Shown here one piece after another: positions 1-9,017 of a stretch of DNA of 64,000 nt. Under the pieces are notes generated by a model. It made no database searches. It was not told the DNA's origin and saw nothing but the letters and a program-made list of their open reading frames with translations. Position numbers and translations under genes: made by a program. Position 1 is the first letter of the stretch. Each line of letters begins with the position of its first letter. Source of the stretch: a virus; IMG/VR virus record IMGVR_UViG_3300034152_000814, positions 1 through 64,000 of that record; one strand, 5' to 3'.

Positions 1-43
1 AAAATTGTAGATGCAAACGAAAAATTAGTTAAGGGGGTGAAAG

Positions 44-586
44 ATGGAACAAATACCATTTCCGAATAAAAAGTATCAGATTGTCTATGCTGATCCGCCT
101 TGGGATAGCAATAGCCAGTTTGGTCGAGATAAAAAAAGAGGTAATGTGCAACACTATCCGTTAATGACAATAGGGGATATAAAAAATCTTCCTGTGGAAA
201 GTGTTGCAGATGAAAACTGCGTCTTGCTTCTGTGGACAGTGGACACACAACTGCAAGACGCTTTTGACACGATAAAGTCGTGGGGTTTTACCTTCAAAAC
301 TGTTGGTTTTACTTGGGTGAAAGAAACTAAGCACGGGAAAGACCATTTCGGCGTGGGTATGTGGACAAGAAAAAACCCTGAAATGTGTCTTCTTGCAACG
401 AAGGGGAAACCGAAAAGATTTTCAGCGGGAGTTAGGCAATTACAAAGGCATAAAGTTAGGGAACATAGTCGTAAGCCTGATGAAATACGAGACGAAATTG
501 TAAGGCTTTGCGGGGATTTACCCCGAATAGAATTATTTGCCCGACAAAAGACTGATGGTTGGGATGTTTGGGGCAATGAAGTATGA
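44..586 (+). CDS. MT-A70 family N6-adenine DNA methyltransferase
   Basis: 180 aa; DPPW motif (YADPPWDS); C-terminal PRIELFARQ shared with the paralogue at 48578; strongly AT-rich relative to the rest of the window; RBS aagggggtgaaag. Confidence 0.85.
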   Translation: MEQIPFPNKKYQIVYADPPWDSNSQFGRDKKRGNVQHYPLMTIGDIKNLPVESVADENCVLLLWTVDTQLQDAFDTIKSWGFTFKTVGFTWVKETKHGKDHFGVGMWTRKNPEMCLLATKGKPKRFSAGVRQLQRHKVREHSRKPDEIRDEIVRLCGDLPRIELFARQKTDGWDVWGNEV

Positions 587-731
587 AAATTTATAAAATC
601 ACAGAAGCAAGCGAGTATTTAGGAGTGTCTATCAACATCGAGCCCGAGCACGTCGAGGTCCTCCGCGCTTCGGTACGGAAGTTGCAGCGCATGCGCTCGC
701 ACCACGATTTCTGTCGGAGGCACGGGGTACG

Positions 732-902
732 ATGATCAAGCTCACGCAGCGAGTTCTCCACGACCCGGAGAACGGTCGATACGGCGAATGCTTCCGGACC
801 GCGCTCGGTTGCGTCCTCGGGAACCGGGGCGAGGTCGTCTGGGACCCCCACCCCGGCGAGCTCCACGTTGCCGAGCTAAGTCTTCACCAGAACGTAACTT
901 AA
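732..902 (+). CDS. hypothetical small protein (56 aa)
   Basis: ATG preceded by ggaggcacgggg RBS; begins exactly where GC content jumps. Confidence 0.3.
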   Translation: MIKLTQRVLHDPENGRYGECFRTALGCVLGNRGEVVWDPHPGELHVAELSLHQNVT

Positions 903-904
903 AA

Positions 905-960
905 GAAATCCCTTGCATTCCCCTCGGAGCATCGTATCCTGTAGTGAAAGGGGAATTCCG
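905..960 (+). promoter_or_regulatory. conserved promoter+5'UTR cassette, copy A (TTGCAT-16-TATCCT, leader gtagtgaaaggggaa)
   Basis: matches the repeated element found at 60283, 61997, 63001 and 63566; -35 at 913-918, -10 at 935-940, RBS aaagggga before ATG 961. Confidence 0.55.
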
Positions 961-1110
961 ATGAGAAACGCAATCGCGATCGTGCTGGTCGTCGCCGGCC
1001 TGCTCTGGCTCGGTTCCTTGCTCGGGTCCTGCGTCGAGCGCCTGTCCGAGCGCGCGAAGGACGCCGGCGGATTCGTCGGTTGCGCCTACAACCCGGAGAC
1101 CAACGAATGA
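961..1110 (+). CDS. small membrane protein (49 aa)
   Basis: hydrophobic stretch IAIVLVVAGLLWLGSLLG; directly downstream of cassette copy A. Confidence 0.45.
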   Translation: MRNAIAIVLVVAGLLWLGSLLGSCVERLSERAKDAGGFVGCAYNPETNE

Positions 1111-1235
1111 GACGATGGAGAGTGTTCTTCGGCGACGGGTCGTCCGTCGTCGTGGCCGCCGACGACGCCGACGAGGCTGTCAAGGTGGCGTTCGACCACT
1201 ACCGGCAGCGCGGCGTCCGAGCGGAGATGTGCTGA
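1107..1235 (+). CDS. hypothetical small protein (42 aa)
   Basis: ATGA overlap with upstream stop and TGATG overlap with the next gene; below the ORF-track size cut-off. Confidence 0.3.
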   Translation: MRRWRVFFGDGSSVVVAADDADEAVKVAFDHYRQRGVRAEMC

Positions 1236-1462
1236 TGAGTCGCAACCTATGCCGTCACAACTGCGCCTACTGCGAGTCGGACGTACGGCTCGACGAGGAG
1301 CCGCGCTTCGCGACCGCCGAGGATTGCGGCAGGTACTTCAGCGAGTACGCCACCCTGATCGTCGCGCGCGCGACGTGCCCGCTCTGCGAGGCGAAGGCGA
1401 GGGAGGCGGAGCGCTGGTACGAAGTAATCTGCGACGAATGCACAGGGAGGGTATGCAGATGA
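1235..1462 (+). CDS. Zn-ribbon protein (two CxxC pairs)
   Basis: CRHNCAYCE ... CPLCEAK ... CDECTGRVC. Confidence 0.45.
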   Translation: MSRNLCRHNCAYCESDVRLDEEPRFATAEDCGRYFSEYATLIVARATCPLCEAKAREAERWYEVICDECTGRVCR

Positions 1463-1806
1463 AGTGCGCTTGCTTACTCGCGCTGGTCCTGCTGACCGGC
1501 TGCTCGACGATCGACCTACCTGAAGAACCGCTGACCGACCGCCCTTCCGCGTCGGCGGCCCGCGCGGTGACGGAAGCGTGGGCCAAGAAGTACATGAAGG
1601 ACCCGACGTCGTTCCTGGTCCGGAACGTGACGGAGCCGAAGGTACGGCGCCGACCGGGCCCGCTCTTCGGGCTGGTCCGGGGGCGGATAGGCTGGAGCTG
1701 GACGGCGGAGCTCAACGGGAAGAACGGCTCCGGCGGGTACGCCGGCTGGACGACGTACCGGTTCTACCTGTTCGCGGACGGGAGCTGGTGGGGGACGGTA
1801 TGGTAG
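1453..1806 (+). CDS. lipoprotein
   Basis: signal peptide plus lipobox LLTGCS. Confidence 0.55.
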   Translation: MQMKCACLLALVLLTGCSTIDLPEEPLTDRPSASAARAVTEAWAKKYMKDPTSFLVRNVTEPKVRRRPGPLFGLVRGRIGWSWTAELNGKNGSGGYAGWTTYRFYLFADGSWWGTVW

Positions 1807-2060
1807 CGTACGGACTCATCCTCAGCGTCGCGGCTGCGGTCGCGTTCACCGCGGTGATGGTGGCGATCGCCAACACCGTCGGACGCGGTAGTATCGACGC
1901 TCCGCGCCGCGTCCCGCGTGGCGGTACGGAGGGGACTGTGAGCCCCAACGACGTACTGGAAATCGAGGTCCGGGAGGAGATCTCGGAGTTGATCGGGGAA
2001 ACGGAAGACGACGACGCGCGCGCGTTCCTGCGCCGCCTGCTGGAGCTGCTGGATGGTTGA
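1800..2060 (+). CDS. small membrane protein
   Basis: N-terminal TM helix ILSVAAAVAFTAVMVAIA; acidic C-terminus. Confidence 0.45.
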   Translation: MVAYGLILSVAAAVAFTAVMVAIANTVGRGSIDAPRRVPRGGTEGTVSPNDVLEIEVREEISELIGETEDDDARAFLRRLLELLDG

Positions 2061-2316
2061 CGCGAACGTGATAGGAACGGATCACGGGTTCCAGGCTTTC
2101 AAGCGGTTCGTGAACGACGACCGCCTCCGAACCTTGACGACCGAGGAGCAGTTCCAGGCCGGCGGGATTACCGCCGTAGCGTTCGTGGTCCACCTCGTGG
2201 AGCAGAGCGTCCACGAGTCGTGCTGGAAAGAGCACCTCGGCTCGTTGTTCGAGGCCATGCGCGTGGACGCGGAGAAGATCCTCCGCGACCGGCAACGGAG
2301 AAGGGAGACGGGATGA
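2053..2316 (+). CDS. hypothetical protein
   Basis: ORF in the co-directional operon; ATGG overlap. Confidence 0.4.
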   Translation: MVDANVIGTDHGFQAFKRFVNDDRLRTLTTEEQFQAGGITAVAFVVHLVEQSVHESCWKEHLGSLFEAMRVDAEKILRDRQRRRETG

Positions 2317-2876
2317 CGTTCGGACTCGCGATCGACATCGTGCTGCTGATCTGCCTGTTCCTCGTGACGTCCGCGTTGTGGAAGTTCATGGACCGGACGG
2401 ACAATAATTTTCGTCGCGTCAAGGACGGGCTCTCGAAGCAACTCAGCGTCCTCCGGCGTGAGCTCGACGAGACGGACCGACGACTGGACGTCGTCTCCGA
2501 CGAGGTGGAGCGATTCACCCTCCCGCCCGAGGGGGAGATCACCGTACCACCCGGAACCCTGCGCTCCAAGTTGCTGATCCTCGCGCCCGTGAGCCTGCTC
2601 GTCGGCTGCGGGACGATCTCCTGGACGAACGCGCCGGACCTCGACCTCGCGCTGACGCGCGTCGAGATCTGGCGCGACGACGTCCTGATCTACGGGATGA
2701 CGCTCAACGCCGGCGACGTGTCGATGGACCCCCAGAAGCGGGTCTGGGTATACATCCCGAAGGATTGGAAATTCGAGAAGGGCGTCGAGTACCGCCTCCG
2801 CGCCCGCCACGTGGACGCCGCCGGCAACGTGGGCGACTGGTCCGACTGGTACGAGTTCGAGGGAAACGATGAATGA
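2313..2876 (+). CDS. membrane-anchored protein with C-terminal beta-sandwich (FN3-like) domain
   Basis: RBS aagggagacgg; TM helix AIDIVLLICLFLVTSALW; C-terminal YRLRARHVDAAGNVGDWSDWYEFEG. Confidence 0.5.
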   Translation: MTFGLAIDIVLLICLFLVTSALWKFMDRTDNNFRRVKDGLSKQLSVLRRELDETDRRLDVVSDEVERFTLPPEGEITVPPGTLRSKLLILAPVSLLVGCGTISWTNAPDLDLALTRVEIWRDDVLIYGMTLNAGDVSMDPQKRVWVYIPKDWKFEKGVEYRLRARHVDAAGNVGDWSDWYEFEGNDE

Positions 2877-3075
2877 CAATGAGAAGGCCCGGTTCGAACG
2901 GTCGCTCGCGCGCGCCGTCAAGGATATCGGGCTCCACTACGTCCTCCGACTGACGCGCGTCGCGATCCACCAGCCCCGCCCCGGGTTGGTGCCACGACAA
3001 ATGAACATGCTCTTCGAGAGGGTCGACCCCCTCGTCCGGATCGCCGAGAACATAGCCGTGGAGGAAGACCTTTGA
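2869..3075 (+). CDS. hypothetical protein
   Basis: ATGA overlap coupling. Confidence 0.4.
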   Translation: MNDNEKARFERSLARAVKDIGLHYVLRLTRVAIHQPRPGLVPRQMNMLFERVDPLVRIAENIAVEEDL

Positions 3076-3344
3076 AGCAACGACGAGTACGTGAACCCGC
3101 CGTCCGACCCGACGCGGAGAAGCGGGAACGCATCAAGGAAGCCGTTCGACGCGTCGCCCGGAAGCGCCGGCTCGAGGTTCCGATCCGCTTCGCGGACCCC
3201 GGCCTGCCGGACACGACCTGGATCCTCGAGCTTGACCAGCTCGGGCTGAGGGCCCGGAAGAAGGGCTCCCGCAAGAATACCGCCGTGCGGGCGTCGTGGA
3301 AGTCGATCATCGGCGGGATGCTGATAGCTAACGGGGGAGGGTAA
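3072..3344 (+). CDS. hypothetical basic protein
   Basis: ATGA overlap coupling; Arg/Lys-rich. Confidence 0.4.
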   Translation: MKQRRVREPAVRPDAEKRERIKEAVRRVARKRRLEVPIRFADPGLPDTTWILELDQLGLRARKKGSRKNTAVRASWKSIIGGMLIANGGG

Positions 3345-3381
3345 TGCCTAAGTACCAATACGTCGGCACCGACGAGGGACG

Positions 3382-4635
3382 GTGGAAATGAAGCGTCCGA
3401 AGGTCATAAGCCTTTTTACGGGCGCCGGGGGCTTGGATCTCGGCCTTGAAGCTGCCGGATTTGAGTTGGCTGTCGGGGTAGAATTTGACCCCGAAGCAGT
3501 CGCTACCCTCCGCGCAAATCGGAACTGGCCGATTATTGACCGCGACATACACGAGGTTCCGACCAAGGAGCTGCTCGAGGTCGCGGGGCTTCGCGAGGGC
3601 GAAGCCGATCTCCTCGCTGGTGGGCCGCCCTGTCAGCCCTTCAGTAAATCGGGCTATTGGGCCAGTGGCGACGCCGGCAGACTCGAGGACCCGAGAGCGA
3701 CAACTCTTGAGGCGTTCCTTCGAGTGCTGAGGGACACCAAGCCGAAGGTCTTCTTACTTGAGAATGTCTCTGGGCTTGCATACCGAAACAAGAATGAAGG
3801 CCTGGAGCTTCTCCGAACTACGATTGACGAAATCAACGAGGCCGCCGGCACCGCATACTCGTTCCAATCTTCGGTAATCAACACCGTAGAGTATGGTGTA
3901 CCGCAGGAGAGGGAGCGGTTCTTGGTAATAGGCCACAGAGACGGCGCCTGTTTTGAGTTTCCTAAACCAACTCACACGAAGCCCAAGAAGCAGCGAGGAA
4001 CTCGCCGGAGTTCCTCGGAAGACAAAGATCTCGAGCCGTTTCACACGGCTTGGGACGCGATTGGCGACCTTCAGGAGGACGGCAGCGCCGAGTTGAGAAT
4101 GACTGGCAAGTGGGCAGACCTTTTGCCCTCAATTCCCGAGGGCGAGAACTATCTCTACCACACTGACCGGGGCGCAGGCCTTCCGCTTTTTGGTTGGCGG
4201 AGAAGATATTGGAGTTTTCTTCTCAAGCTATCCAAGCGTCTCCCGTCTTGGACCATAACTGCTCAGCCAGGCTCAGCCATAGGGCCCTTTCATTGGAAGA
4301 ACCGACGTATCTCCATGAAGGAGCTATGCAGGCTTCAGACGTTCCCCGACGACTACGAGATCCTTGGTGGCCGCACCTCCTATCAAAAGCAACTTGGCAA
4401 CGCTGTCCCGGCTGCTTTAGCAGAGAAGCTTGGGCTGGAGATTCGTAAAATGCTTGGTCACGACGTGCGCCGCAGAAAGCTCAAGCTCCTGCCGGCTCGT
4501 CGAACGCCTGTGCCTCCGGCAGAACGCTCTCGAAAGGTTCCACAGAAGTACATGGAGCTTGTCGGCGAACACGAGGCACACCCAGGAACAGGTAAAGGAT
4601 ATGGGGCATTAGCCAGAACTCAAAACCAAAGCTGA
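3382..4635 (+). CDS. dcm: DNA cytosine-5 methyltransferase
   Basis: C5-MTase motifs I FTGAGGLDLG, IV PPCQPFS, ENV, QLGNAVP; lower GC than neighbouring genes. Confidence 0.9.
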   Translation: MEMKRPKVISLFTGAGGLDLGLEAAGFELAVGVEFDPEAVATLRANRNWPIIDRDIHEVPTKELLEVAGLREGEADLLAGGPPCQPFSKSGYWASGDAGRLEDPRATTLEAFLRVLRDTKPKVFLLENVSGLAYRNKNEGLELLRTTIDEINEAAGTAYSFQSSVINTVEYGVPQERERFLVIGHRDGACFEFPKPTHTKPKKQRGTRRSSSEDKDLEPFHTAWDAIGDLQEDGSAELRMTGKWADLLPSIPEGENYLYHTDRGAGLPLFGWRRRYWSFLLKLSKRLPSWTITAQPGSAIGPFHWKNRRISMKELCRLQTFPDDYEILGGRTSYQKQLGNAVPAALAEKLGLEIRKMLGHDVRRRKLKLLPARRTPVPPAERSRKVPQKYMELVGEHEAHPGTGKGYGALARTQNQS

Positions 4636-4716
4636 GACGGGTTCATGGCGTCAAGGAAGCGCACCAAGTCGTTCCCCAAGAAGAAGGACCGGAAACGGGC
4701 GCGCAAGCGCGAGCTC

Positions 4717-4750
4717 GTGCTTGACGCTACGTCAATCCGTGGTATACTTC
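4717..4750 (+). promoter_or_regulatory. sigma70-like promoter TTGACG-16-TATACT
   Basis: near-consensus hexamers upstream of gene 4835; same CTTGACG -35 flavour as the cassette family. Confidence 0.4.
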
Positions 4751-4834
4751 TACTGGAAAGGGGTCCCGGTTGGTACCCACCCAACCCCCTTTCACACAAC
4801 ACCGACCGGGGCCCCGTATTGAAGGGAGACCGAG

Positions 4835-5398
4835 ATGGAAGTTGAAACTTTCGAGATCGAGGAGGCCGTCGGCGAGGCGCTCGGGACCACGCCGGAGATC
4901 GAGGCCGAGGCCCTGGAGCTCATCGAATCGCTGGGACTCGAGGGGCAGAGCAAGCTCGTCGTCAGGAACGAGGAGACCGGCGACGACGAAAGGATCCCCT
5001 ACCCCGAGATGACGAAGGCCGAGGTCGAGACATACCAGGCCCGCTTCCCGGTCTCGGATAAGGTGGAGAACTACTCGATGGGGATCATCCCCGTCCGCGT
5101 CCTCCAGGTCGTCGGGCACGCGCGCGGGATCTTCGAGGAGGTCTACGTCTGGCACGACCGGGTGCGCGACCCCGACCCGATCCTCGTCGGGAAGTCCGAC
5201 AAGGTGTACTACCTCCTCGCGAGGTGGGGCGACGCGCTCAAGAGCTTCGCGGAGGTCAAGGTGGAGGCCGCGACGAAGTTGCGGGAGGACTGGGAGCGGA
5301 AACTGAAGGCGAAGATCGGGGAGTGCCAGTCCTTCCTCGCCTCGCTGGACGCGAAGGTCGAGGAGAAACTGGCCGGCGAGTGGGTGTTCCTGCCATGA
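4835..5398 (+). CDS. hypothetical protein (187 aa)
   Basis: RBS gaagggagaccgag; acidic N-terminus. Confidence 0.55.
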   Translation: MEVETFEIEEAVGEALGTTPEIEAEALELIESLGLEGQSKLVVRNEETGDDERIPYPEMTKAEVETYQARFPVSDKVENYSMGIIPVRVLQVVGHARGIFEEVYVWHDRVRDPDPILVGKSDKVYYLLARWGDALKSFAEVKVEAATKLREDWERKLKAKIGECQSFLASLDAKVEEKLAGEWVFLP

Positions 5399-5450
5399 AG
5401 AAAGATGGACGAATCTACCCGCGCGTGGTGCTCGGCGCGGAGCCCGAGTC

Positions 5451-5603
5451 ATGCGGCACGTCCTGCTCGACATCGGTATGATCTCCGAAGACGTGCTGAT
5501 GCAGCAGGCTCCCGAGCACCGACACGAGTGGCTCCGCATGATGGTCAAGAGATTCATCCACCACCTGATCAACGAGAACCCCGGGCTGTTAGGAGAACCC
5601 TGA
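5451..5603 (+). CDS. hypothetical small protein (50 aa)
   Basis: ATGA coupling into gene 5605. Confidence 0.25.
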   Translation: MRHVLLDIGMISEDVLMQQAPEHRHEWLRMMVKRFIHHLINENPGLLGEP

Positions 5604-5604
5604 A

Positions 5605-6336
5605 ATGAGCTACAAGGAAAACCCCAAGACCAAGGGCAGCGGGATCGTCTGCTGCATCCCGCAGACCGGCGAGTGCCCGCGGCGCTGCACCGACTGCTTC
5701 TTCCAGTCCGGGCGCTCGTACCTCGAGCCGCTGGACGAGAACCTGCCGAACATGCCGCTCGGCGAGAACACGCACGGGCGCGTGGTCCGCGTGAACGACG
5801 GCAACGACTCCGCCGTCGACCGCGAGCTCGTGGTCCGGGCGACGGCCGGCTACCGGTGGCGGTTCTTCAACACCGCCTCGCCGCGAGACCTCGAGAAGTT
5901 CCCCGGTCCCGTCGTCCTGACGCTCAACCCCGGGAAGATGACGGACGAGGACTGGCACGTCGTCGAGGACCCCGTACCCCCGAACCTCATGTTCGTCCGG
6001 TACCGCGCCAACACGTGGAACAAGGAGCTCCGGGACGGCGCCGTGAGTCACTACACGAAGCGCGAGGTCCCCGTGGTACTCACGTGGATGGCGTACCACG
6101 ACGCCTCGTCGATCCCGGAGGGCGAGTCCAACGCATACGTGGAGCGCAAGCGAACCCTGAACCCCTACTGGGCGATCCGGACCGACTCCTGGCAATACGA
6201 GATGGAGGACTACGAGGAGAACCTGTTCGTCTCCTCCTGCGGCAAGGTCGAGGGGGAGCGGGGATCGACGAGGTGCCGCTTCTGCGGCGTGTGCCTGCGG
6301 GAATTCTTCGCGACGATGGAGAGGATGAGGACGTGA
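5605..6336 (+). CDS. Cys-motif protein, possible [4Fe-4S]/radical-SAM-like (CxxxCxxC)
   Basis: N-terminal CPRRCTDCFF (C-x3-C-x2-C); further C-terminal CRFCGVC. Confidence 0.55.
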   Translation: MSYKENPKTKGSGIVCCIPQTGECPRRCTDCFFQSGRSYLEPLDENLPNMPLGENTHGRVVRVNDGNDSAVDRELVVRATAGYRWRFFNTASPRDLEKFPGPVVLTLNPGKMTDEDWHVVEDPVPPNLMFVRYRANTWNKELRDGAVSHYTKREVPVVLTWMAYHDASSIPEGESNAYVERKRTLNPYWAIRTDSWQYEMEDYEENLFVSSCGKVEGERGSTRCRFCGVCLREFFATMERMRT

Positions 6337-6511
6337 GCTGCCGAAGAGAGAGGATCACCATCCGACCGGACAAGTTGCTGAAAGTACTCGCGGATCCTGG
6401 GGCTCGAGCAGAGGGTCGACGAGCTCGCGGATGAGATGCGCTGGGCGCGATCGACCACCTCTGGCGCGAGACCAAGGCGGAGCAGTTGATACCCGTGATG
6501 AGGGAGATGGG

Positions 6512-6715
6512 ATGAGCGACCTGTTACAACTCGACCCCGTGATGACCGGGCGCGCGTTCGCCCGCGTCCTCGGTACGTACTGCCGGGGGAGCTCCTGCAT
6601 CGCGTTCGAGACGCAGTGCCTCTGGATCGCCGAGCGCCTGAACGGGTCCGGCGCGAAGCTCGCGGGCTGGCTGCACCACCTGCGAGAGGAGAAGGAACCG
6701 AAGGTGGACCCGTGA
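6512..6715 (+). CDS. hypothetical small protein
   Basis: GTGA coupling to the next gene. Confidence 0.4.
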   Translation: MSDLLQLDPVMTGRAFARVLGTYCRGSSCIAFETQCLWIAERLNGSGAKLAGWLHHLREEKEPKVDP

Positions 6716-7260
6716 GCAATCTACTCGTAATCGACACCGAAACGACCGGTACGGACCCGGCGCGGAACTCGCTGCTGTCGGTGGCGCTGGTGCCGATGGA
6801 GGAGCCCGAGAAGGGGAGGGAGTGGTTCGTCGAGTTCGACCTGCGGAAGCTCGAGTGGAGCGCCGACGGCTGGCCACTGCGGAACTTCGACCGGTTCGAG
6901 GAACAGTGGGTGCGGCAGGCGAAGCCCTCGGAACAGGTCTGGGTGGAGATTCGAGGCTACCTCACCGAGCACTTTCCCGACGGCGCGACGCTGGTCGGGC
7001 ACTTCGTCGAGTTCGACCTGGCGTTCGCCAAGCAGCTCGGGCCGTTCCACCGGATCGGGCAGCGGAGGACGATCGACACGAAGGGCCTCGCCCGGGTCTG
7101 CCGGGAGCTCGGGCGTATCCCCGAGAACGTCCGGCTCGGGCTGTCCGGGTTGTGCAAGCACTTCGGCATCGAGATCCCCGAGAACGCCCGGCACACGGCG
7201 CTCGGCGACGCGATCGCGACGCGGGAGCTGTACCTGCGACTGGTGGAGACGCTGAGATGA
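6712..7260 (+). CDS. DnaQ-like 3'-5' exonuclease (DEDDh)
   Basis: Exo I motif VIDTETTG, Exo III HTALGDAIATRELY. Confidence 0.8.
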   Translation: MSNLLVIDTETTGTDPARNSLLSVALVPMEEPEKGREWFVEFDLRKLEWSADGWPLRNFDRFEEQWVRQAKPSEQVWVEIRGYLTEHFPDGATLVGHFVEFDLAFAKQLGPFHRIGQRRTIDTKGLARVCRELGRIPENVRLGLSGLCKHFGIEIPENARHTALGDAIATRELYLRLVETLR

Positions 7261-7386
7261 GACGCCGCACCATACGCAAGGAGGTCCTCGTCGCGTGCCT
7301 CGCGCGGGAACTGGAGGTATTCGAGAGATGCTCGACAAGCTGATAGACCTGGTCAAGCGAGACCTCGAGGAAGAGGGAGACGAGAG

Positions 7387-7566
7387 ATGATCTGGATAGC
7401 CCTCGTACTCGCGGCGATCGCCGTTTGGGTCGCGCTGCGGGGCCTCCGGCACGAGGTCCGGTGCCACGACCGAATCCTCTCGGGCAGGGTGCGCCGGCTG
7501 GAGCGGGCGCTCCGGCTGCACGCCGAGGGGCGACCGCTGCTCGCGGAGGAAGAATGCGACGACTGA
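7387..7566 (+). CDS. small membrane protein
   Basis: TM helix IWIALVLAAIAVWVAL. Confidence 0.35.
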   Translation: MIWIALVLAAIAVWVALRGLRHEVRCHDRILSGRVRRLERALRLHAEGRPLLAEEECDD

Positions 7567-7811
7567 ACGCCACGCAACTACGGGAGATGCGGGAAACCCA
7601 CGAGTTCCTCTGGATCAGCGAGCTCGCCGAGATGCTCGAAGCCTCCCCGCACGTGGTCCGGCGGCTCGCCCACGCCGGCAGGCTGCCCGCGGTGAAGCTG
7701 CCGAACGGCACGATCCGGATCCACTACCGACGGGGGGAGGACCCGAGGGGGTTCGGCGCGGACGTCGAGCTGTGGAGCCGTCCGAAGAAAAGAGTTGACA
7801 AGGGCGACTGA
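7554..7811 (+). CDS. excisionase/MerR-like HTH DNA-binding protein
   Basis: ISELAEMLEASPHVVRRLAHAGRLPAVKLPNGTIRI helix-turn-helix. Confidence 0.6.
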   Translation: MRRLNATQLREMRETHEFLWISELAEMLEASPHVVRRLAHAGRLPAVKLPNGTIRIHYRRGEDPRGFGADVELWSRPKKRVDKGD

Positions 7812-7869
7812 GAACGGTACCGTGGAATCGACATGATAACCCGAGCTCATAGAACGTCGATGCAGGGAG

Positions 7870-7901
7870 CCCGAGGGGGCGCACAACCCTCGGGCGTTTT
7901 C
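7870..7901 (+). terminator. rho-independent terminator
   Basis: CCCGAGGG-9nt-CCCTCGGG followed by CGTTTTC. Confidence 0.6.
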
Positions 7902-7993
7902 ATGTCGCAAGCTCAATTCCCAATTGAGCTTACTTCGTCACTGGGCGTTTTCATGTCGCAAGCTCAATTCCCAATTGAGCTTACTTCGTCACT
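7892..7993. repeat. two tandem 51-bp direct repeats, each with palindrome GCTCAATTcccAATTGAGC
   Basis: exact repeat read directly from the sequence; period 51. Confidence 0.9.
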
Positions 7994-8335
7994 TTACGCT
8001 TCGTAAAAGCGAAGAGCGGGATAGCCCCTTATCCCGCAAGGGTTTACTTCACTCACTTCACACACTTTACCGTTTCAAATCGCCAGGAAGTACGTGACGA
8101 TATGCTCACGCACTTCCTGGTAACTTTTTTATATAAAGTGTGTGAAGTGTGTGAAGTAAGTATATACAGTAGTTATAGTTATCTCTCTCTTTACTATAAA
8201 GTAAAGTAAAGTAACGAAGTAAATATAAGGGGTGTATGTAGTTAGCGCCCACTTCTATTTTAGCAGGAAGTTAGGTCTCTTACCGTCGGAAGCTCGAACT
8301 CGCACTTCCGGGCTCCGGTGCGGTAGAATCGAGGC

Positions 8336-8530
8336 ATGGCGCGGATATGGTCGGCTCACCGCTGCGACCGCTGCGGGCTGACGGGCCTGGCGGTCGGCGA
8401 CGCGGCGCTGCCCCCGGGCTGGGAGGCGGCTGCCGTGGGCGACGCGCGCCGCGACCTCTGCGCGAACTGCGCGGCGAAGGTCTCGCGGGCGTTGACCGAT
8501 CCGCCAAGTACTGGTACAATAACCATCTAA
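8336..8530 (+). CDS. small Cys-containing protein
   Basis: CDRCG ... CANC pairs. Confidence 0.4.
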   Translation: MARIWSAHRCDRCGLTGLAVGDAALPPGWEAAAVGDARRDLCANCAAKVSRALTDPPSTGTITI

Positions 8531-8558
8531 GGCGTGACGCCGACGCGAGGAGACCGAG

Positions 8559-9017
8559 ATGGCGGCTCGTAGCATACTGGCCAAGAAGAAGTTAGAGACC
8601 TTCCTGAAGTCCCTGGCATTCACCGGGGAGAAGATCAACTCGGCCGACGCGGCGGGGATCCCTTGGAGCACGCTGGAGAAGCGGATCGCGCGCGACCCGG
8701 GTCTGAGGGGCCGAGTCGACGAGGCGATGTCCCGCTTCCACGAGAGGATCGAGAGCACGGTGCGCGGCCGGGGGATCGAGGGTTGGGAGGAGCCGGTCTT
8801 CTGGCAGGGCGAGGTCGTGGGGCACGTTCGGAAGTACTCGGACCGGTGCCTCGAGATGCTGGCGAAGCGCCACATCGCGGAGTACCGGGACAAGATGCGG
8901 ATCGACGCCTCCGTCCAGGGGGGCGTCCTCGTCGTTGGTGGAATGATGGACGAGGACGAGTGGGTCGAGACGTACGGTGGTAAGCAAGCTGACGAAGACG
9001 AAGGGAGTCAGGAATGA
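8559..9017 (+). CDS. putative terminase small subunit / HTH protein
   Basis: 152 aa with acidic C-terminus; position upstream of terL. Confidence 0.45.
   Translation: MAARSILAKKKLETFLKSLAFTGEKINSADAAGIPWSTLEKRIARDPGLRGRVDEAMSRFHERIESTVRGRGIEGWEEPVFWQGEVVGHVRKYSDRCLEMLAKRHIAEYRDKMRIDASVQGGVLVVGGMMDEDEWVETYGGKQADEDEGSQE

Larger units (their letters stand above)
7812..8335. promoter_or_regulatory. 520-bp non-coding AT-rich region (candidate cos/pac site or origin)
   Basis: no ORF; tandem repeats; hairpins GCGGGATAgccccTTATCCCGC and GGAAGTACGTGA..TCACGCACTTCC; AT tract with gtgtgaagt x2 and agtaaagtaaagtaa; lies just upstream of the terminase genes. Confidence 0.55.

Noticed and set aside
4645-4845. 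66-aa ORF between dcm and gene 4835
   Set aside because: It is extremely basic low-complexity sequence and contains a good TTGACG-16-TATACT promoter plus a hairpin. It is more likely the regulatory region of gene 4835.
7892-7993. Possible CRISPR array
   Set aside because: There are only two direct repeats, they are directly adjacent with no spacers, and the region has no cas genes. It is better explained as iterons, operators or packaging-site repeats.
7812-8335. tRNA gene in the AT-rich non-coding region
   Set aside because: No cloverleaf with a proper acceptor stem, T-loop GTTC motif or CCA context could be assembled by eye. The hairpins present are simple stem-loops.
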